Part shown: one piece after another, positions 51,727 to 61,262 of the stretch
How the letters are laid out: every line of letters starts with the position of its first letter
How positions within the stretch are numbered: the first letter of the stretch is position 1
NCBI GenBank assembly: GCA_031381925.1
Contig: JANMYH010000234.1
Span: 2,676 to 66,675, forward strand
Reading direction: 5' to 3'
From: Burkholderiales bacterium
GTDB lineage: Bacteria > Pseudomonadota > Gammaproteobacteria > Burkholderiales > Usitatibacteraceae
Length of the DNA stretch: 64,000 bases
The notes under the pieces: generated by a model
Told to the model about the DNA's origin: nothing
What the model saw: the letters and a program-made list of their open reading frames with translations, nothing else
Databases searched by the model: none
Made by a program: the position numbers and the translations under genes

Positions 51727-53502
51727 ATGGGGGACGCGTGGTTGCGTGATCTCGACGCTGCCACGCTGCGCGCCGACCTGGTGGCGGGGCTGCTGGGCGC
51801 GATCCTCGTCCTCCCGCAAGGCATCGCGTTCGCCACACTCGCGGGATTGCCGCCGGAGTACGGCATTTATACGGCGGTGGTGCCGTGCATCATCGCCGCG
51901 CTTTTTGGCTCCAGCCGCCACGTGGTATCGGGTCCGACGAACGCCAATTCGCTGGCGCTCTTCGCGATGCTCTCTCCTCTCGCGCTGGTGTCCTCGCCGG
52001 AGTATGTCGGGCTCGCGCTCGTCGTGACTTTGCTCGTCGGGCTTACGCAGTTCGCGCTCGGCGTCCTGCGACTCGGCGCCCTCGCGAACTTCATTTCCCC
52101 GACCGTGCTTCTGGGATTCACGGCGGGGGCCGCGACGCTCATTGCGATCCACGCCTTGAAGGAGCTTCTGGGTCTCGATGTGCCTTCGGGGGCGCGCGCA
52201 TTCGACATACTGCAGGAAGTCGCGAGCGCGGCACTGAAGTCTCCGAGCGGAATCGATCTTCTCGCGCTCACAGTGGGAGCCGTGACGATCCTCGTGGCAC
52301 TCGTCGTACGCCGCGTGGATGCGCGCTTGCCTTTCATGCTGCTGGGACTGGCCGCGGGTACGGTCGTCGTATGGGCCGCGGTGTGGCCCGGATTTCGCCA
52401 GCTCGTGCCGACTGCGCTGCAACACGCCGTGGCGACGGTGGGCCTGATCCCGAGCGCGATTCCGCCGTTTTCGATCCCGCGCCTGGACTGGAATCGGCTT
52501 CCCGACCTGCTCGGGATCGCCGGGGCACTCACCATCGTGGCCCTCGGGCAGGACATTTCGATCGCCAAGGCGATCGCGCATCGCTCGGGCCAGCGCATCG
52601 ACGCCAATCGCGAATTCGTCGGTCAGGGCCTGTCCAACCTCGCGGGCAGTTTCTTCTCGTCATACATCTCGTGCGGCTCACTCAACCGCTCGCTTCCCAA
52701 CTTCGAAGCGGGAGCACGCACGCCGCTCGCCGCGGTTTTCTCCGCGGTCCTGCTGGTTTTGCTGGTGGCCTTCACCGCACCAATCCTTGCGATGATCCCA
52801 CTCGCCGCGGTCGCCGCATCGTTGCTTCTGGTCGCCTGGGCGCTCTTCGACTTCGAGGGCTTCCGGAAGCTCTACACGATTTCTCGCGGTGAGTTCGCCA
52901 TAGCGTCCACAACCTTTGCGGCCACGCTTGCAGTGCGTCTCGAGCTGGCCATCCTTTTCGGCACGCTGCTTTCGCTGGTGGCGTATCTCTACCGGACCTC
53001 GCGGCCCAACATGCGGGTTCTCCTCCCCCACCCGCAGTCGCCGGATCGGCGCTTCACCCCGATCGACGATTTGAAGCAACCGCTACAGGAGTGCCCGCAA
53101 CTCAAGCTCGTGCGGATGGAAGGCTCGGTCTACTTTGCCGCCGCGCAGCACGTGAGCGACAAGCTGCTCGAGTTCCGCCAAACCCAACCCGGACAGAAAC
53201 ACCTGCTCGTCATGGTGAAGAGCATGAACTTCGTCGACGTTGCAGGGGCCGACGTCTGGGAGCTGGAGCTGCGGGAACGGCGCGCGATGGGGGGCGACCT
53301 CTATTTCCATCGTCCGCGGCCGGACGTTCTGGAGATTTGGCGGCAGACCGGCTTCATTGATCGGCTGGGGGCTGATCACATCTTCCCTTCCAAGCGCGCC
53401 GCGATTGCGGCCATCTACCCGCGCATGGATCCGGAACTATGCAAACGCTGTACCGCACGCGCTTTCGAGGAATGCACTGCGTTCGGGCGCGATGAGATGT
53501 AG
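51727..53502 (+). CDS. SulP-family anion transporter with C-terminal STAS domain
   Basis: 'LRADLVAGLLGAILVLPQGIAFATLAGLPPEYGIY' and many TM helices. STAS-like tail 'LVRMEGSVYFAAAQHV...HLLVMVKSMNFVDVAGADV'. Confidence 0.85.
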   Translation: MGDAWLRDLDAATLRADLVAGLLGAILVLPQGIAFATLAGLPPEYGIYTAVVPCIIAALFGSSRHVVSGPTNANSLALFAMLSPLALVSSPEYVGLALVVTLLVGLTQFALGVLRLGALANFISPTVLLGFTAGAATLIAIHALKELLGLDVPSGARAFDILQEVASAALKSPSGIDLLALTVGAVTILVALVVRRVDARLPFMLLGLAAGTVVVWAAVWPGFRQLVPTALQHAVATVGLIPSAIPPFSIPRLDWNRLPDLLGIAGALTIVALGQDISIAKAIAHRSGQRIDANREFVGQGLSNLAGSFFSSYISCGSLNRSLPNFEAGARTPLAAVFSAVLLVLLVAFTAPILAMIPLAAVAASLLLVAWALFDFEGFRKLYTISRGEFAIASTTFAATLAVRLELAILFGTLLSLVAYLYRTSRPNMRVLLPHPQSPDRRFTPIDDLKQPLQECPQLKLVRMEGSVYFAAAQHVSDKLLEFRQTQPGQKHLLVMVKSMNFVDVAGADVWELELRERRAMGGDLYFHRPRPDVLEIWRQTGFIDRLGADHIFPSKRAAIAAIYPRMDPELCKRCTARAFEECTAFGRDEM

Positions 53503-53513
53503 TGGTTGAAAAC

Positions 53514-53604
53514 TGGCGGAGAGGGCGGGATTCGAACCCGCGTTAGGCTATTAACCTAAACACGCTTTCCAGGCGTGCGACTTAAACCGCTCATCCACCT
53601 CTCC
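53514..53604 (-). tRNA. tRNA-Ser (anticodon GGA)
   Basis: Reverse complement reads GGAGAGGTGGATGAGCGGTTTAAGTCGCACGCCTGGAAAGCGTG-(long variable arm)-GCGGGTTCGAATCCCGCCCTCTCCGCCA. 7-bp acceptor stem, anticodon stem CACGC/GCGTG with loop CTGGAAA, T-arm GGTTCGAATCC, encoded CCA. Confidence 0.9.
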
Positions 53605-53622
53605 GGTGGCACGACAACACGA

Positions 53623-53685
53623 CCCTCTCCCAGGAAGAGGGAGAACATCGCCTGGCCCCCTCCTAAGGAGAGGGAGAACATCGCC
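53623..53685. repeat. tandem pair of about 30-nt hairpin-forming repeats sharing 'AGAGGGAGAACATCGCC'
   Basis: 'ccctctcccaggaagagggagaacatcgcc' (53623-53652) and 'ccccctcctaaggagagggagaacatcgcc' (53656-53685). Each has an internal inverted repeat (CCCTC(T)CC / G(A)GAGGG). Located between the lptF stop and the tRNA 5' end. Confidence 0.6.
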
Positions 53686-53742
53686 CAGGGCCGTGGACAG
53701 CCCGAAATTATACCTTGCGACCCCGCACCGGCGCGAGATGGG

Positions 53743-54822
53743 TCAGCGGCGCAGCAACTGCCAGCGGAAGCCGTAGAGCTGGCGGTAGAAGAGGAATATC
53801 ACCACCGCGATCATGATTCCGTGCACCGGCCACAACCCCAGCCAGCCCGGAATCTTGCCCTGTGCGGTGTAGGCCTGGAAGACCGACAACAGGTTGTTGT
53901 ACAGCGCGTAGATCAGGACCGCGAAGACCAGGTTCCACGAGCGCCCCGAACGCGGGTTCACGACGGCGAGCGGGATGGCGAAGAGCGCCATGATGAGTAC
54001 CGCCAACGGCAGTGCCAGGCGCCAGTGGAGCTCGGCGATCTGATCGGGCTTGCGCTCGGCCAGCAGGTCCAGCGTGCCGGTCGCCTTGTTGGAAGGCGCC
54101 TCGCGGGCGGCCTCGCGCGGCTCGATGCGCAGCGCATAGCGGTCGAAATCCACGGTCCGATAGTCGAGCGCCCCGGGCGTGCCCTCATAGCGCCGGCCGT
54201 TCAGCAGCACCACGAAGCGGTCGCCGTTCGCCGCGGTCTCGACGAAGCCGCGCTTGGCCACCATCACCCCCAGGCGGTTGTTCTGCGTCGACTGCACGAA
54301 GACGTTGTTCACCTCGTCGTCGCCCTCCGAGAACTTGTCGACGAAGAACACGCGGTCGGCGCCGCGCGACTCGCGGAAGATGCCGGGGGTCACGCTCGAG
54401 ACCTCGTCGCGGCTCGCGAGGAGCCGCTGGTACTCGACGCTTTGCGCCTGGGACCACGGCGCCAGCCCCAATGAGAGCATCGCGCAGATCACCGCCACCG
54501 GAAGCGCGAACTGCAGCACCGGCTTGATCCAGGCCGCGATCGACAGGCCCGAAGTGAACCACACGGTCATCTCGCTATCGCGATAGCTGCGGGTAAGCGC
54601 CAGCAGCACCGCCACGAAGACCGCGATGCCGAGGAGGACGGGAAGGTAGGTGAGGATCCCGAAGGCGATCAGCCCGAGCACCGCCTCGGGCAGCACTTCA
54701 CCCCCCGCTGCCTTGCCGAGAAGGAGGATCAATAGCCGCGTCAGGATGATCGCCAGCAGCACGCCGATCACCGAGATGGCGATGAGGCTGAACTCGCGGA
54801 TGAGGCTGCGGTGGAAGATCAC
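53743..54822 (-). CDS. lptF: LPS export ABC transporter permease LptF
   Basis: Only the last 359 codons of track ORF 53743-56397, from GTG 54822 ('VIFHRSLIREF...'). 'AELHWRLALPLAVLIMALFAIPLAVVNPRSGR' matches E. coli LptF as I recall it. Divergent from pepA, as in E. coli. Confidence 0.8.
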   Translation of the reverse strand: MIFHRSLIREFSLIAISVIGVLLAIILTRLLILLLGKAAGGEVLPEAVLGLIAFGILTYLPVLLGIAVFVAVLLALTRSYRDSEMTVWFTSGLSIAAWIKPVLQFALPVAVICAMLSLGLAPWSQAQSVEYQRLLASRDEVSSVTPGIFRESRGADRVFFVDKFSEGDDEVNNVFVQSTQNNRLGVMVAKRGFVETAANGDRFVVLLNGRRYEGTPGALDYRTVDFDRYALRIEPREAAREAPSNKATGTLDLLAERKPDQIAELHWRLALPLAVLIMALFAIPLAVVNPRSGRSWNLVFAVLIYALYNNLLSVFQAYTAQGKIPGWLGLWPVHGIMIAVVIFLFYRQLYGFRWQLLRR

Positions 54823-54933
54823 GGGGAGATTGGGCCCCCACCTGCGCGGGGGTGACAAGAGGATAACGCGGGGGCGACGGAGCGGTGTGCGATAATTCGC
54901 CCCTTCGCAGCTCCTCCAAGCCGAGGAAAACAA

Positions 54934-56421
54934 ATGGAATTTAGCATAAAGAGCGGAAGCCCCGAAAAGCAGCGCACGGGGTGCGTGGTGGTGGGCGTGT
55001 TCGAGGGCCGCAAGCTCTCGGCTTCCGCGCAGGCCATCGACGTGGCCTCGGGCCATTACCTGGGCGAGGTGCTGCGACGCGGCGACCTCGAGGGTGAGCT
55101 CGGCAAGACGCTCCTGCTGCACAACGTCCCGAAGATTTCCGCCGACCGCATCCTGCTCGTGGGCCTCGGGCGCGAGCGCGAGTTCAATGAGCGCGCGTTT
55201 CGTACCGCGATGGCGGCCGCCGTGAAGGCGCTGCGATCGACGGGCGCCTCGGATGCCACGGTCTGCCTCACCGACATCTCTTTCAAGCGCCGCGATACCG
55301 GCTGGCGGGTCGAGCAGGCGGTGCTCGCGACCGTGGAGGGCTCGTACCGCTTCGACAAGCTGAAGAGCAAGGCGCCGGAGCCCAAGCGGGCGCTGCGCAA
55401 GATCGTGCTGCACGTCTCGCGGCGCAACGAGATCGCCGAGGGCGAGATCGCGATCGCGCGCGGCGCGGCCATCGCCGAGGGCGTGAGCCTCGCCAAGGAC
55501 CTCGGCAACCTGCCGGGCAACCACTGCACGCCCACCTACCTCGCCGAGCAGGCGGTGGAGATGGGCAAGCGCCACGGCATCAAGGTCGAGGTGCTCGAGC
55601 AGAAGGTTTGCGATAAGCTCGGCATGGGCTGCTTCCTCGCGGTGGCGCGCGGCAGCCGCCAGCCGCCGAAGTTCATCGTGCTGGAGTACCACGGCGGCAA
55701 GCGCGGCGAGCCCCCGGTGGTGCTCGTCGGCAAGGGCATCACCTTCGACACCGGCGGCATCTCGATCAAGCCCGCGGCCGAGATGGACGAGATGAAATAC
55801 GACATGGGGGGTGCCGCGAGCGTGCTGGGCGCGATGAAGGCGATCGCGCTCATGAAGCTCCCGCTCAACGTCGTGGGCGCGATCCCGTCGACCGAGAACA
55901 TGCCCGGCGGCAATGCGATCAAGCCCGGCGACATCGTCACCACCATGTCGGGCCAGACCGTCGAGATCCTCAACACCGACGCCGAAGGCCGCCTCATCCT
56001 CTGCGACGCGCTCACTTACGTGGAGAAATACAAGCCCGCGGCCGTGATCGACGTGGCGACCCTCACCGGCGCCATGGTGATCGCGCTCGGCCACGTGGCC
56101 ACCGGGCTCTTCGCCAACAGCGACCCGCTCGCCCGCGAGCTGATCCAGGCCGGCGAGACCGCGTGGGACCGCGCCTGGCACATGCCGCTCTGGGACGAAT
56201 ACCAGGAGGGGCTGAAGAGCAACTTCGCCGACATCCCCAACATCGGCTCCCGGGCCGGCGGCTCGATCACGGCGGCCTGCTTCCTGTCGCGCTTCACCAA
56301 GTCGTATCCGTGGGCGCACCTCGACATCGCCGGCACCGCCTGGAAATCGGGCGCGGAAAAAGGGGCGACCGGGCGGCCGGTCCCGCTCCTGGCGCACTTC
56401 CTCATCAAGCGGGCCGCGTGA
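54934..56421 (+). CDS. pepA: leucyl aminopeptidase (M17)
   Basis: 'VGKGITFDTGGISIKP', 'NTDAEGRLILCDALTY', 'AGTAW'. Confidence 0.9.
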   Translation: MEFSIKSGSPEKQRTGCVVVGVFEGRKLSASAQAIDVASGHYLGEVLRRGDLEGELGKTLLLHNVPKISADRILLVGLGREREFNERAFRTAMAAAVKALRSTGASDATVCLTDISFKRRDTGWRVEQAVLATVEGSYRFDKLKSKAPEPKRALRKIVLHVSRRNEIAEGEIAIARGAAIAEGVSLAKDLGNLPGNHCTPTYLAEQAVEMGKRHGIKVEVLEQKVCDKLGMGCFLAVARGSRQPPKFIVLEYHGGKRGEPPVVLVGKGITFDTGGISIKPAAEMDEMKYDMGGAASVLGAMKAIALMKLPLNVVGAIPSTENMPGGNAIKPGDIVTTMSGQTVEILNTDAEGRLILCDALTYVEKYKPAAVIDVATLTGAMVIALGHVATGLFANSDPLARELIQAGETAWDRAWHMPLWDEYQEGLKSNFADIPNIGSRAGGSITAACFLSRFTKSYPWAHLDIAGTAWKSGAEKGATGRPVPLLAHFLIKRAA

Positions 56422-56425
56422 CGGC

Positions 56426-56863
56426 GTGACGCGGATCGACTTCTACCACTACGCCGAGGACAAGCTGCGCTTCGCCTGCCGTCTCGCGACCAAAGCCTTC
56501 GAGCAGGCGAGCCGCGTGGTGGTCTTTTCACCCGACGTGAAGACGCTCGAGACCTTCGACCGCGCGCTCTGGACCTTCCAGGACACGCGCTTCGTGCCGC
56601 ACTGCTTCGCGGGCGCGGCCATCGCCGCCCAGACGCCGATCGTGCTGACACCCACCGGCGAGGACCTGCCGCACCACGACGTGCTGCTCAACCTCGGCGA
56701 CGAGTGGCCGCCCTTCTTCTCGTCCTTCGAGCGCCTGCTCGAGATCGTCGCGGTCGATGACGGCGACAAGGAGCGCGCCCGCACGCGCTACGCCTTCTAT
56801 CGCCAGCGCGGATACGATATCCGCGTGAACCCGATCGAGGCCGAGAAGCGCAAGGAGCACTGA
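56426..56863 (+). CDS. holC: DNA polymerase III subunit chi
   Basis: GTG start. 'RIDFYHYAEDKLRFACRLATKAFEQASRVVVF', 'LDRALWTFQDTRFVPH'. Conserved pepA-holC-valS context. Confidence 0.8.
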   Translation: MTRIDFYHYAEDKLRFACRLATKAFEQASRVVVFSPDVKTLETFDRALWTFQDTRFVPHCFAGAAIAAQTPIVLTPTGEDLPHHDVLLNLGDEWPPFFSSFERLLEIVAVDDGDKERARTRYAFYRQRGYDIRVNPIEAEKRKEH

Positions 56864-56864
56864 C

Positions 56865-57206
56865 GTGGCAAGCGACAAGGACATCTTCGGCAAGGCCGAC
56901 GGCCTGATGCGGCGCAGCACCCCGGGGGCGGACACCAGCGCCGTTCCGCTGCTCACCGAGTTGATCGACGGTGGCGCGAAGGCGGCGCGCGAGCCCCCGT
57001 CGGACCTCGCGCGCGAGGTCTTTACCCGTGTGATGGCCGAGGTCGAGGGCCGGCTCGCCGCCGATCTCGAACGGCGCCTGACCGAGCACCTCGTGCCGCA
57101 GGTGCATGCGGTGGTCGCGAGCGCCATCAGAGACCTGCACCAGGAGCTCGCCAACGCGATCGGCGACGCCGTCGCACGCGCCCTCGAGAGCCGCCACCTC
57201 AAGTAA
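56865..57206 (+). CDS. hypothetical small acidic/helical protein between holC and valS
   Basis: 113 codons with GTG start, 1 nt after the holC stop and ending 4 nt before the valS start. Coding-like composition. No motif recognised. Confidence 0.45.
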   Translation: MASDKDIFGKADGLMRRSTPGADTSAVPLLTELIDGGAKAAREPPSDLAREVFTRVMAEVEGRLAADLERRLTEHLVPQVHAVVASAIRDLHQELANAIGDAVARALESRHLK

Positions 57207-57210
57207 CTCC

Positions 57211-59973
57211 ATGGAACTCGCAAAAAGCTTCGATCCCCACGGCATCGAGTCGCGCTGGTATCCCTTCTGGGAATCGCGCGGCTATTTCAAGGCCGGCTTC
57301 GATGAGTCCCGGCCGTCGTTCTCGATCCAGCTGCCGCCGCCCAACGTCACCGGCACGCTGCACATGGGCCATGCGTACCAGCAGACGCTCATGGACATCC
57401 TCGCGCGCTATCACCGCATGCAGGGCTACAACGTGCTGTGGCAGCCGGGCACCGACCACGCCGGCATCGCGACCCAGATGGTGGTCGAGCGGCAACTCGA
57501 GGCGCAGGGCGAGAACCGCCGTGCCCTGGGGCGCGAAGAGTTCGTCAAGCGCGTCTGGGCCTGGAAGGAAGAATCGGGCTCCACCATCACGCGCCAGATG
57601 CGCCGCCTGGGCGCGTCGTGCGACTGGTCGCGCGAGTACTTCACCATGGACGCACCGCGCTCGCGCGCGGTCACGGAAGTCTTCGTGCGCCTCTTCGAGG
57701 CGGGCCTGATCTACCGCGGCAAGCGCCTGATCCACTGGGATCCGGTGCTGCAGACGGCTGTGTCGGACCTCGAGGTCGAATCCCGCGAGGAGAACGGCAC
57801 CCTCTGGCACCTGCGCTACCCGCTCGAGGACGGTTCCTCGCACCTGGTCGTGGCCACCACGCGGCCCGAGACGATGCTCGGCGATACCGCGGTCGCGGTG
57901 CATCCCGACGACGATCGCTACCGGCACCTGGTGGGCAGGAAGGTTCGCCTGCCGCTCGCCGACCGGCTGATCCCCATCGTCGCCGACGAGTACGTGGATC
58001 GCGAGTTCGGCACCGGGGTCGTGAAGATCACCCCGGCCCACGACTTCAACGACTACCAGGTCGGCATGCGCCACGGACTGCCGCTGGTGAACATATTCAC
58101 GCTCGAGGCACGCGTGAACGACAACGCGCCGCAGCCCTATCGCGGTCTCGATCGGTTCGTGGCCCGCAAGCGGGTGCTGGCGGATCTCGAAAGCGCGGGC
58201 CTGGTCGACGCGGCCCGCCCCCACAAGCTCATGCAGCCGCGCTCGGAGCGTTCCGACGCGGTAGTCGAGCCGATGCTCTCGGACCAGTGGTTCATGCGCA
58301 TGGACGGGATGGCGCGTGCGGGCCTCGAGGCGGTCGCGCGCGGCGACACGCGCTTCGTCCCCGAGGAGTGGGGCAAGGTCTACGCCCAGTGGCTCGAGAA
58401 CATCCAGGACTGGTGCGTCTCGCGCCAGCTCTGGTGGGGACACCAGATCCCGGCCTGGTACGCAGCCGACGGAACCCCCTTCGTGGGGCGCACCTTCGAG
58501 GAGGCCGCGGCAAAGGCCCAGGCGGCGGGCAAGAGCATCGAGTCCGAAGGGCGCGACCCGGACGTCCTCGACACCTGGTTTTCGTCCGCGCTGGTGCCCT
58601 TCACCACGCTCGGATGGCCCGACGAGGCCGAGTTCGAGCGCGAGCGGCGCTTCTACCTGCCCTCCACCGTCCTCATCACCGGCAACGACATCATCTTCTT
58701 CTGGGTCGCGCGCATGATCATGACGAGCCTGCAGTTCGCGGGCGAGACCGCGTTCGCGGACGTCTACATCAACGCCATCGTGCGCGACGCCGAAGGCAAC
58801 AAGATGTCGAAGTCCAAGGGCAACACCATCGATCCCCTCGACGTGATCGACGGGATCGACCTGCCCGCGCTGCTGGAGAAATCCACCGTGGGCCTGATGC
58901 TCGCCTCGCACAAGGAATCGGCCGCCAAGCGCATCAAGCGCGACTACCCCGGCGGGATCCCTTCCTACGGGGCCGATGCGTTGCGCTTCACCTTCGCCGC
59001 TCTTTCCACCCTCGGGCGCACGCTCAACTTCGACCTGAAGCGCGCCGAGGGCTACCGCAGCTTCTGCAACAAGCTCTGGAACGCGACGCGTTTCGTGCTG
59101 ATGAATACCGAGGGAAAGGACACCGGGCTGGACGAGAGCCTGCCGCTCGAGTTTTCCGCGGCCGACCGGTGGATCGCGAGCCGCCTGCAGCGCGCCGAGC
59201 GCTCGGTCGCCGAGGGCCTCGCCGAGTATCGCTTCGATGTCGCGGCGCGCGCGGTCTATGAGTTCGTGTGGGACGAGTACTGCGATTGGTACGTGGAGAT
59301 CGCCAAGGTGCAGATCGCCGGCGGAAACGATGCGGCGCAACGCGCCACCCGCAGGACCCTGATCCGCGTCCTCGAGGCGACCCTGCGCCTGGCCCATCCG
59401 ATCATTCCCTTCATCACCGAGGAGCTCTGGCAGACGGTGGCGCCGCTCGCGGGCAAGTCGGGCGACAGCATCATGATGGCGCCCTACCCCAAGGCCGAGG
59501 AGAAGAAGATCGACGCCGACGCCGAGCGCGAGATCGCGGCCCTGAAGGACATCGTCAACGCCGCCCGCAACCTGCGCTCCACGATGGGCGTGGCCCCCGC
59601 GGCGCGGGTGCCGCTGTACGTCGCCGACTACGTCGATACGCTTCCCGCCCACAAGGACGCCATCGCCGGGATCGCACGCCTGTCCGAGGTCCACTTCGTG
59701 CCGGCCCTGCCCTCGGTGGACGCGCCGGTGTCGATCACGCCGAGCGGCAAGGTGCTGCTGAAGGTCGAGATCGACCGGGACGCGGAAAAGGCGCGACTGG
59801 CAAGGGAGATCGAGCGCGTCGAATCCGACCTCGCCAGGCAGCGCGCCAAGCTCGGTACCTCCACCTTCGTCGAGCGCGCCCCGCCCGCGGTGGTCGAGCA
59901 GGCGAGGAAGCTCCTCGCGGATACCGAGGCGAAGCACGCCGACCTGCGCTCGCAGTTCGGCAAGCTCTCCTGA
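57211..59973 (+). CDS. valS: valine--tRNA ligase
   Basis: Start trimmed to ATG 57211 ('[21 protein letters not shown]'). HIGH motif 'TLHMGHAYQ', 'KMSKSKGN', C-terminal coiled coil. Confidence 0.95.
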   Translation: MELAKSFDPHGIESRWYPFWESRGYFKAGFDESRPSFSIQLPPPNVTGTLHMGHAYQQTLMDILARYHRMQGYNVLWQPGTDHAGIATQMVVERQLEAQGENRRALGREEFVKRVWAWKEESGSTITRQMRRLGASCDWSREYFTMDAPRSRAVTEVFVRLFEAGLIYRGKRLIHWDPVLQTAVSDLEVESREENGTLWHLRYPLEDGSSHLVVATTRPETMLGDTAVAVHPDDDRYRHLVGRKVRLPLADRLIPIVADEYVDREFGTGVVKITPAHDFNDYQVGMRHGLPLVNIFTLEARVNDNAPQPYRGLDRFVARKRVLADLESAGLVDAARPHKLMQPRSERSDAVVEPMLSDQWFMRMDGMARAGLEAVARGDTRFVPEEWGKVYAQWLENIQDWCVSRQLWWGHQIPAWYAADGTPFVGRTFEEAAAKAQAAGKSIESEGRDPDVLDTWFSSALVPFTTLGWPDEAEFERERRFYLPSTVLITGNDIIFFWVARMIMTSLQFAGETAFADVYINAIVRDAEGNKMSKSKGNTIDPLDVIDGIDLPALLEKSTVGLMLASHKESAAKRIKRDYPGGIPSYGADALRFTFAALSTLGRTLNFDLKRAEGYRSFCNKLWNATRFVLMNTEGKDTGLDESLPLEFSAADRWIASRLQRAERSVAEGLAEYRFDVAARAVYEFVWDEYCDWYVEIAKVQIAGGNDAAQRATRRTLIRVLEATLRLAHPIIPFITEELWQTVAPLAGKSGDSIMMAPYPKAEEKKIDADAEREIAALKDIVNAARNLRSTMGVAPAARVPLYVADYVDTLPAHKDAIAGIARLSEVHFVPALPSVDAPVSITPSGKVLLKVEIDRDAEKARLAREIERVESDLARQRAKLGTSTFVERAPPAVVEQARKLLADTEAKHADLRSQFGKLS

Positions 59974-59984
59974 CGCGGGGGCGC

Positions 59985-61262
59985 TTGGCGCTTCCCCACA
60001 GCCTGCGAGCGCTGCGCTCGCCGAATTTCCGCCGCTACTACACCGGCCAGGCGATCTCGATGATCGGCACCTGGGTCCAGTCGGTGGCGCTGATGTGGCT
60101 CGCCTACCGGCTCACCGGCTCCACCCACTTCACCGGGCTGGTGGGCTTCCTGCAGAGCATCCCGCACCTGGTGCTCGCGCCCTTCGCGGGCGTCCTCGGC
60201 GATCGCGTCAACCGCCGCAAGCTGCTGATGGCGGTGCTGAGCCTGCTGGCGCTGCAGTCGACCGCGCTCGCAGTCCTCACCGCCACCGATCTCATCACGC
60301 CGGCGCTGCTCGCCGGCCTCGCCCTCTTCTCCGGGGTGTGCAACGCCTTCGAGACGCCTACGCGCCAATCGATCTTCGTGCAGCTCATCGACCGGCGCGA
60401 GGACCTCCCGAATGCTATTGCGTTGAACTCGATGCTGATGAACGGCACCCGCCTCATCGGCCCGTCGATCGGCGGGCTGCTGATCGCGGTGTTCGACGAG
60501 AGCCTCTGTTTCGCATTGAACGCGACCAGTTACCTGGCGGTGCTCATCGCCCTCACCGGGTTGACCATCAGCGCACGCCCCGTGCGGGCGCCCTCGCACC
60601 CGCTGGCCGACCTGGCCGAGGGGTGGCGCTACGCCATGGGAATGCTGCCGGTGCGAAGGATGCTCTTCACGCTCGCCGCCGTGAGCACATCGGTGAGCCC
60701 CTATGCGACGCTCATGCCCGCGATGGCCGTGCAGTCATTCGGCCAGGGGGCGACCCTGGTGGGACTGTTCATCGGCGCGGTGGGCCTCGGCGCGTTCCTG
60801 TCGGCGGTGAGCCTCGCCCGCCGCCCAAGCGTTCTCGGCCTTGCGCGCTGGCTGCCGGTGGCGCCGGTCGTGGCCGGGCTGGGCATGATCGGCTTCGGGT
60901 TCTCGGCCAACGTCTACGCGTCGATCTTCCTCATGATGATGGCCGGCTTCGGCATGTTCATGACGGGTGCTACGTGCAATACGATCATCCAGTCGATCGT
61001 GGAGGAGGAAAAGCGCAGCCGCGTGATGAGCTACTACACCATGTTCTTCATCGGGGTTGCCCCGTTCGGGCACTACTTCGCGGGCTGGCTTGCCGAGCAC
61101 ATCGGCGTCCGCGCCACCTTCATGCTGAGCGGAGGCGTGGCGCTCGTCACCGGAATCGTCTTCGCGCTGCAGATGCCGGCCTTCCGCTCGCACTTGCGCA
61201 CCCTGTACGTGGCCCGGGGTATCATCCCCGCCTCGGAAGACACGCGGATCGGAAGCCCATGA
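59985..61262 (+). CDS. MFS transporter (MFS_3/EntS-like)
   Basis: 'LRSPNFRRYYTGQAISMIGTWVQSVALMWLAYRLTGS' and 12 TM helices. The only start candidate upstream of TM1 is TTG 59985, so the start is uncertain. Confidence 0.65.
   Translation: MALPHSLRALRSPNFRRYYTGQAISMIGTWVQSVALMWLAYRLTGSTHFTGLVGFLQSIPHLVLAPFAGVLGDRVNRRKLLMAVLSLLALQSTALAVLTATDLITPALLAGLALFSGVCNAFETPTRQSIFVQLIDRREDLPNAIALNSMLMNGTRLIGPSIGGLLIAVFDESLCFALNATSYLAVLIALTGLTISARPVRAPSHPLADLAEGWRYAMGMLPVRRMLFTLAAVSTSVSPYATLMPAMAVQSFGQGATLVGLFIGAVGLGAFLSAVSLARRPSVLGLARWLPVAPVVAGLGMIGFGFSANVYASIFLMMMAGFGMFMTGATCNTIIQSIVEEEKRSRVMSYYTMFFIGVAPFGHYFAGWLAEHIGVRATFMLSGGVALVTGIVFALQMPAFRSHLRTLYVARGIIPASEDTRIGSP

Noticed and set aside
49741-52581. 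946-aa minus-strand ORF
   Set aside because: It is antisense to four well-supported plus-strand genes (ABC permease end, ATPase, SBP, SulP). It is extremely Arg/Glu/Asp/His-rich with no recognisable domain.
41752-53604. tRNA-Ser-linked genomic island
   Set aside because: No integrase, transposase or phage genes are present, and no repeat of the tRNA 3' end was seen by eye. Only the synteny break is reported.
53743-56397. 884-aa ORF as a single gene
   Set aside because: Only the last 359 codons (from GTG 54822) resemble LptF. The upstream 525 codons are antisense to pepA and look non-coding (Arg/Gly/Ala-rich).
57199-59937. 912-aa minus-strand ORF, and the 607-aa plus-strand ORF 57438-59261
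   Set aside because: Both overlap valS, which carries HIGH and KMSKS motifs in another frame. They are shadow frames.
2822-61262. Recurrent ATGA/GTGA stop-start overlaps (2822, 5832, 21896, 22867, 43047, 48108, 49861, 61259)
   Set aside because: This is ordinary translational coupling in compact operons. I used it as evidence for start sites and operon structure, not as a novelty.
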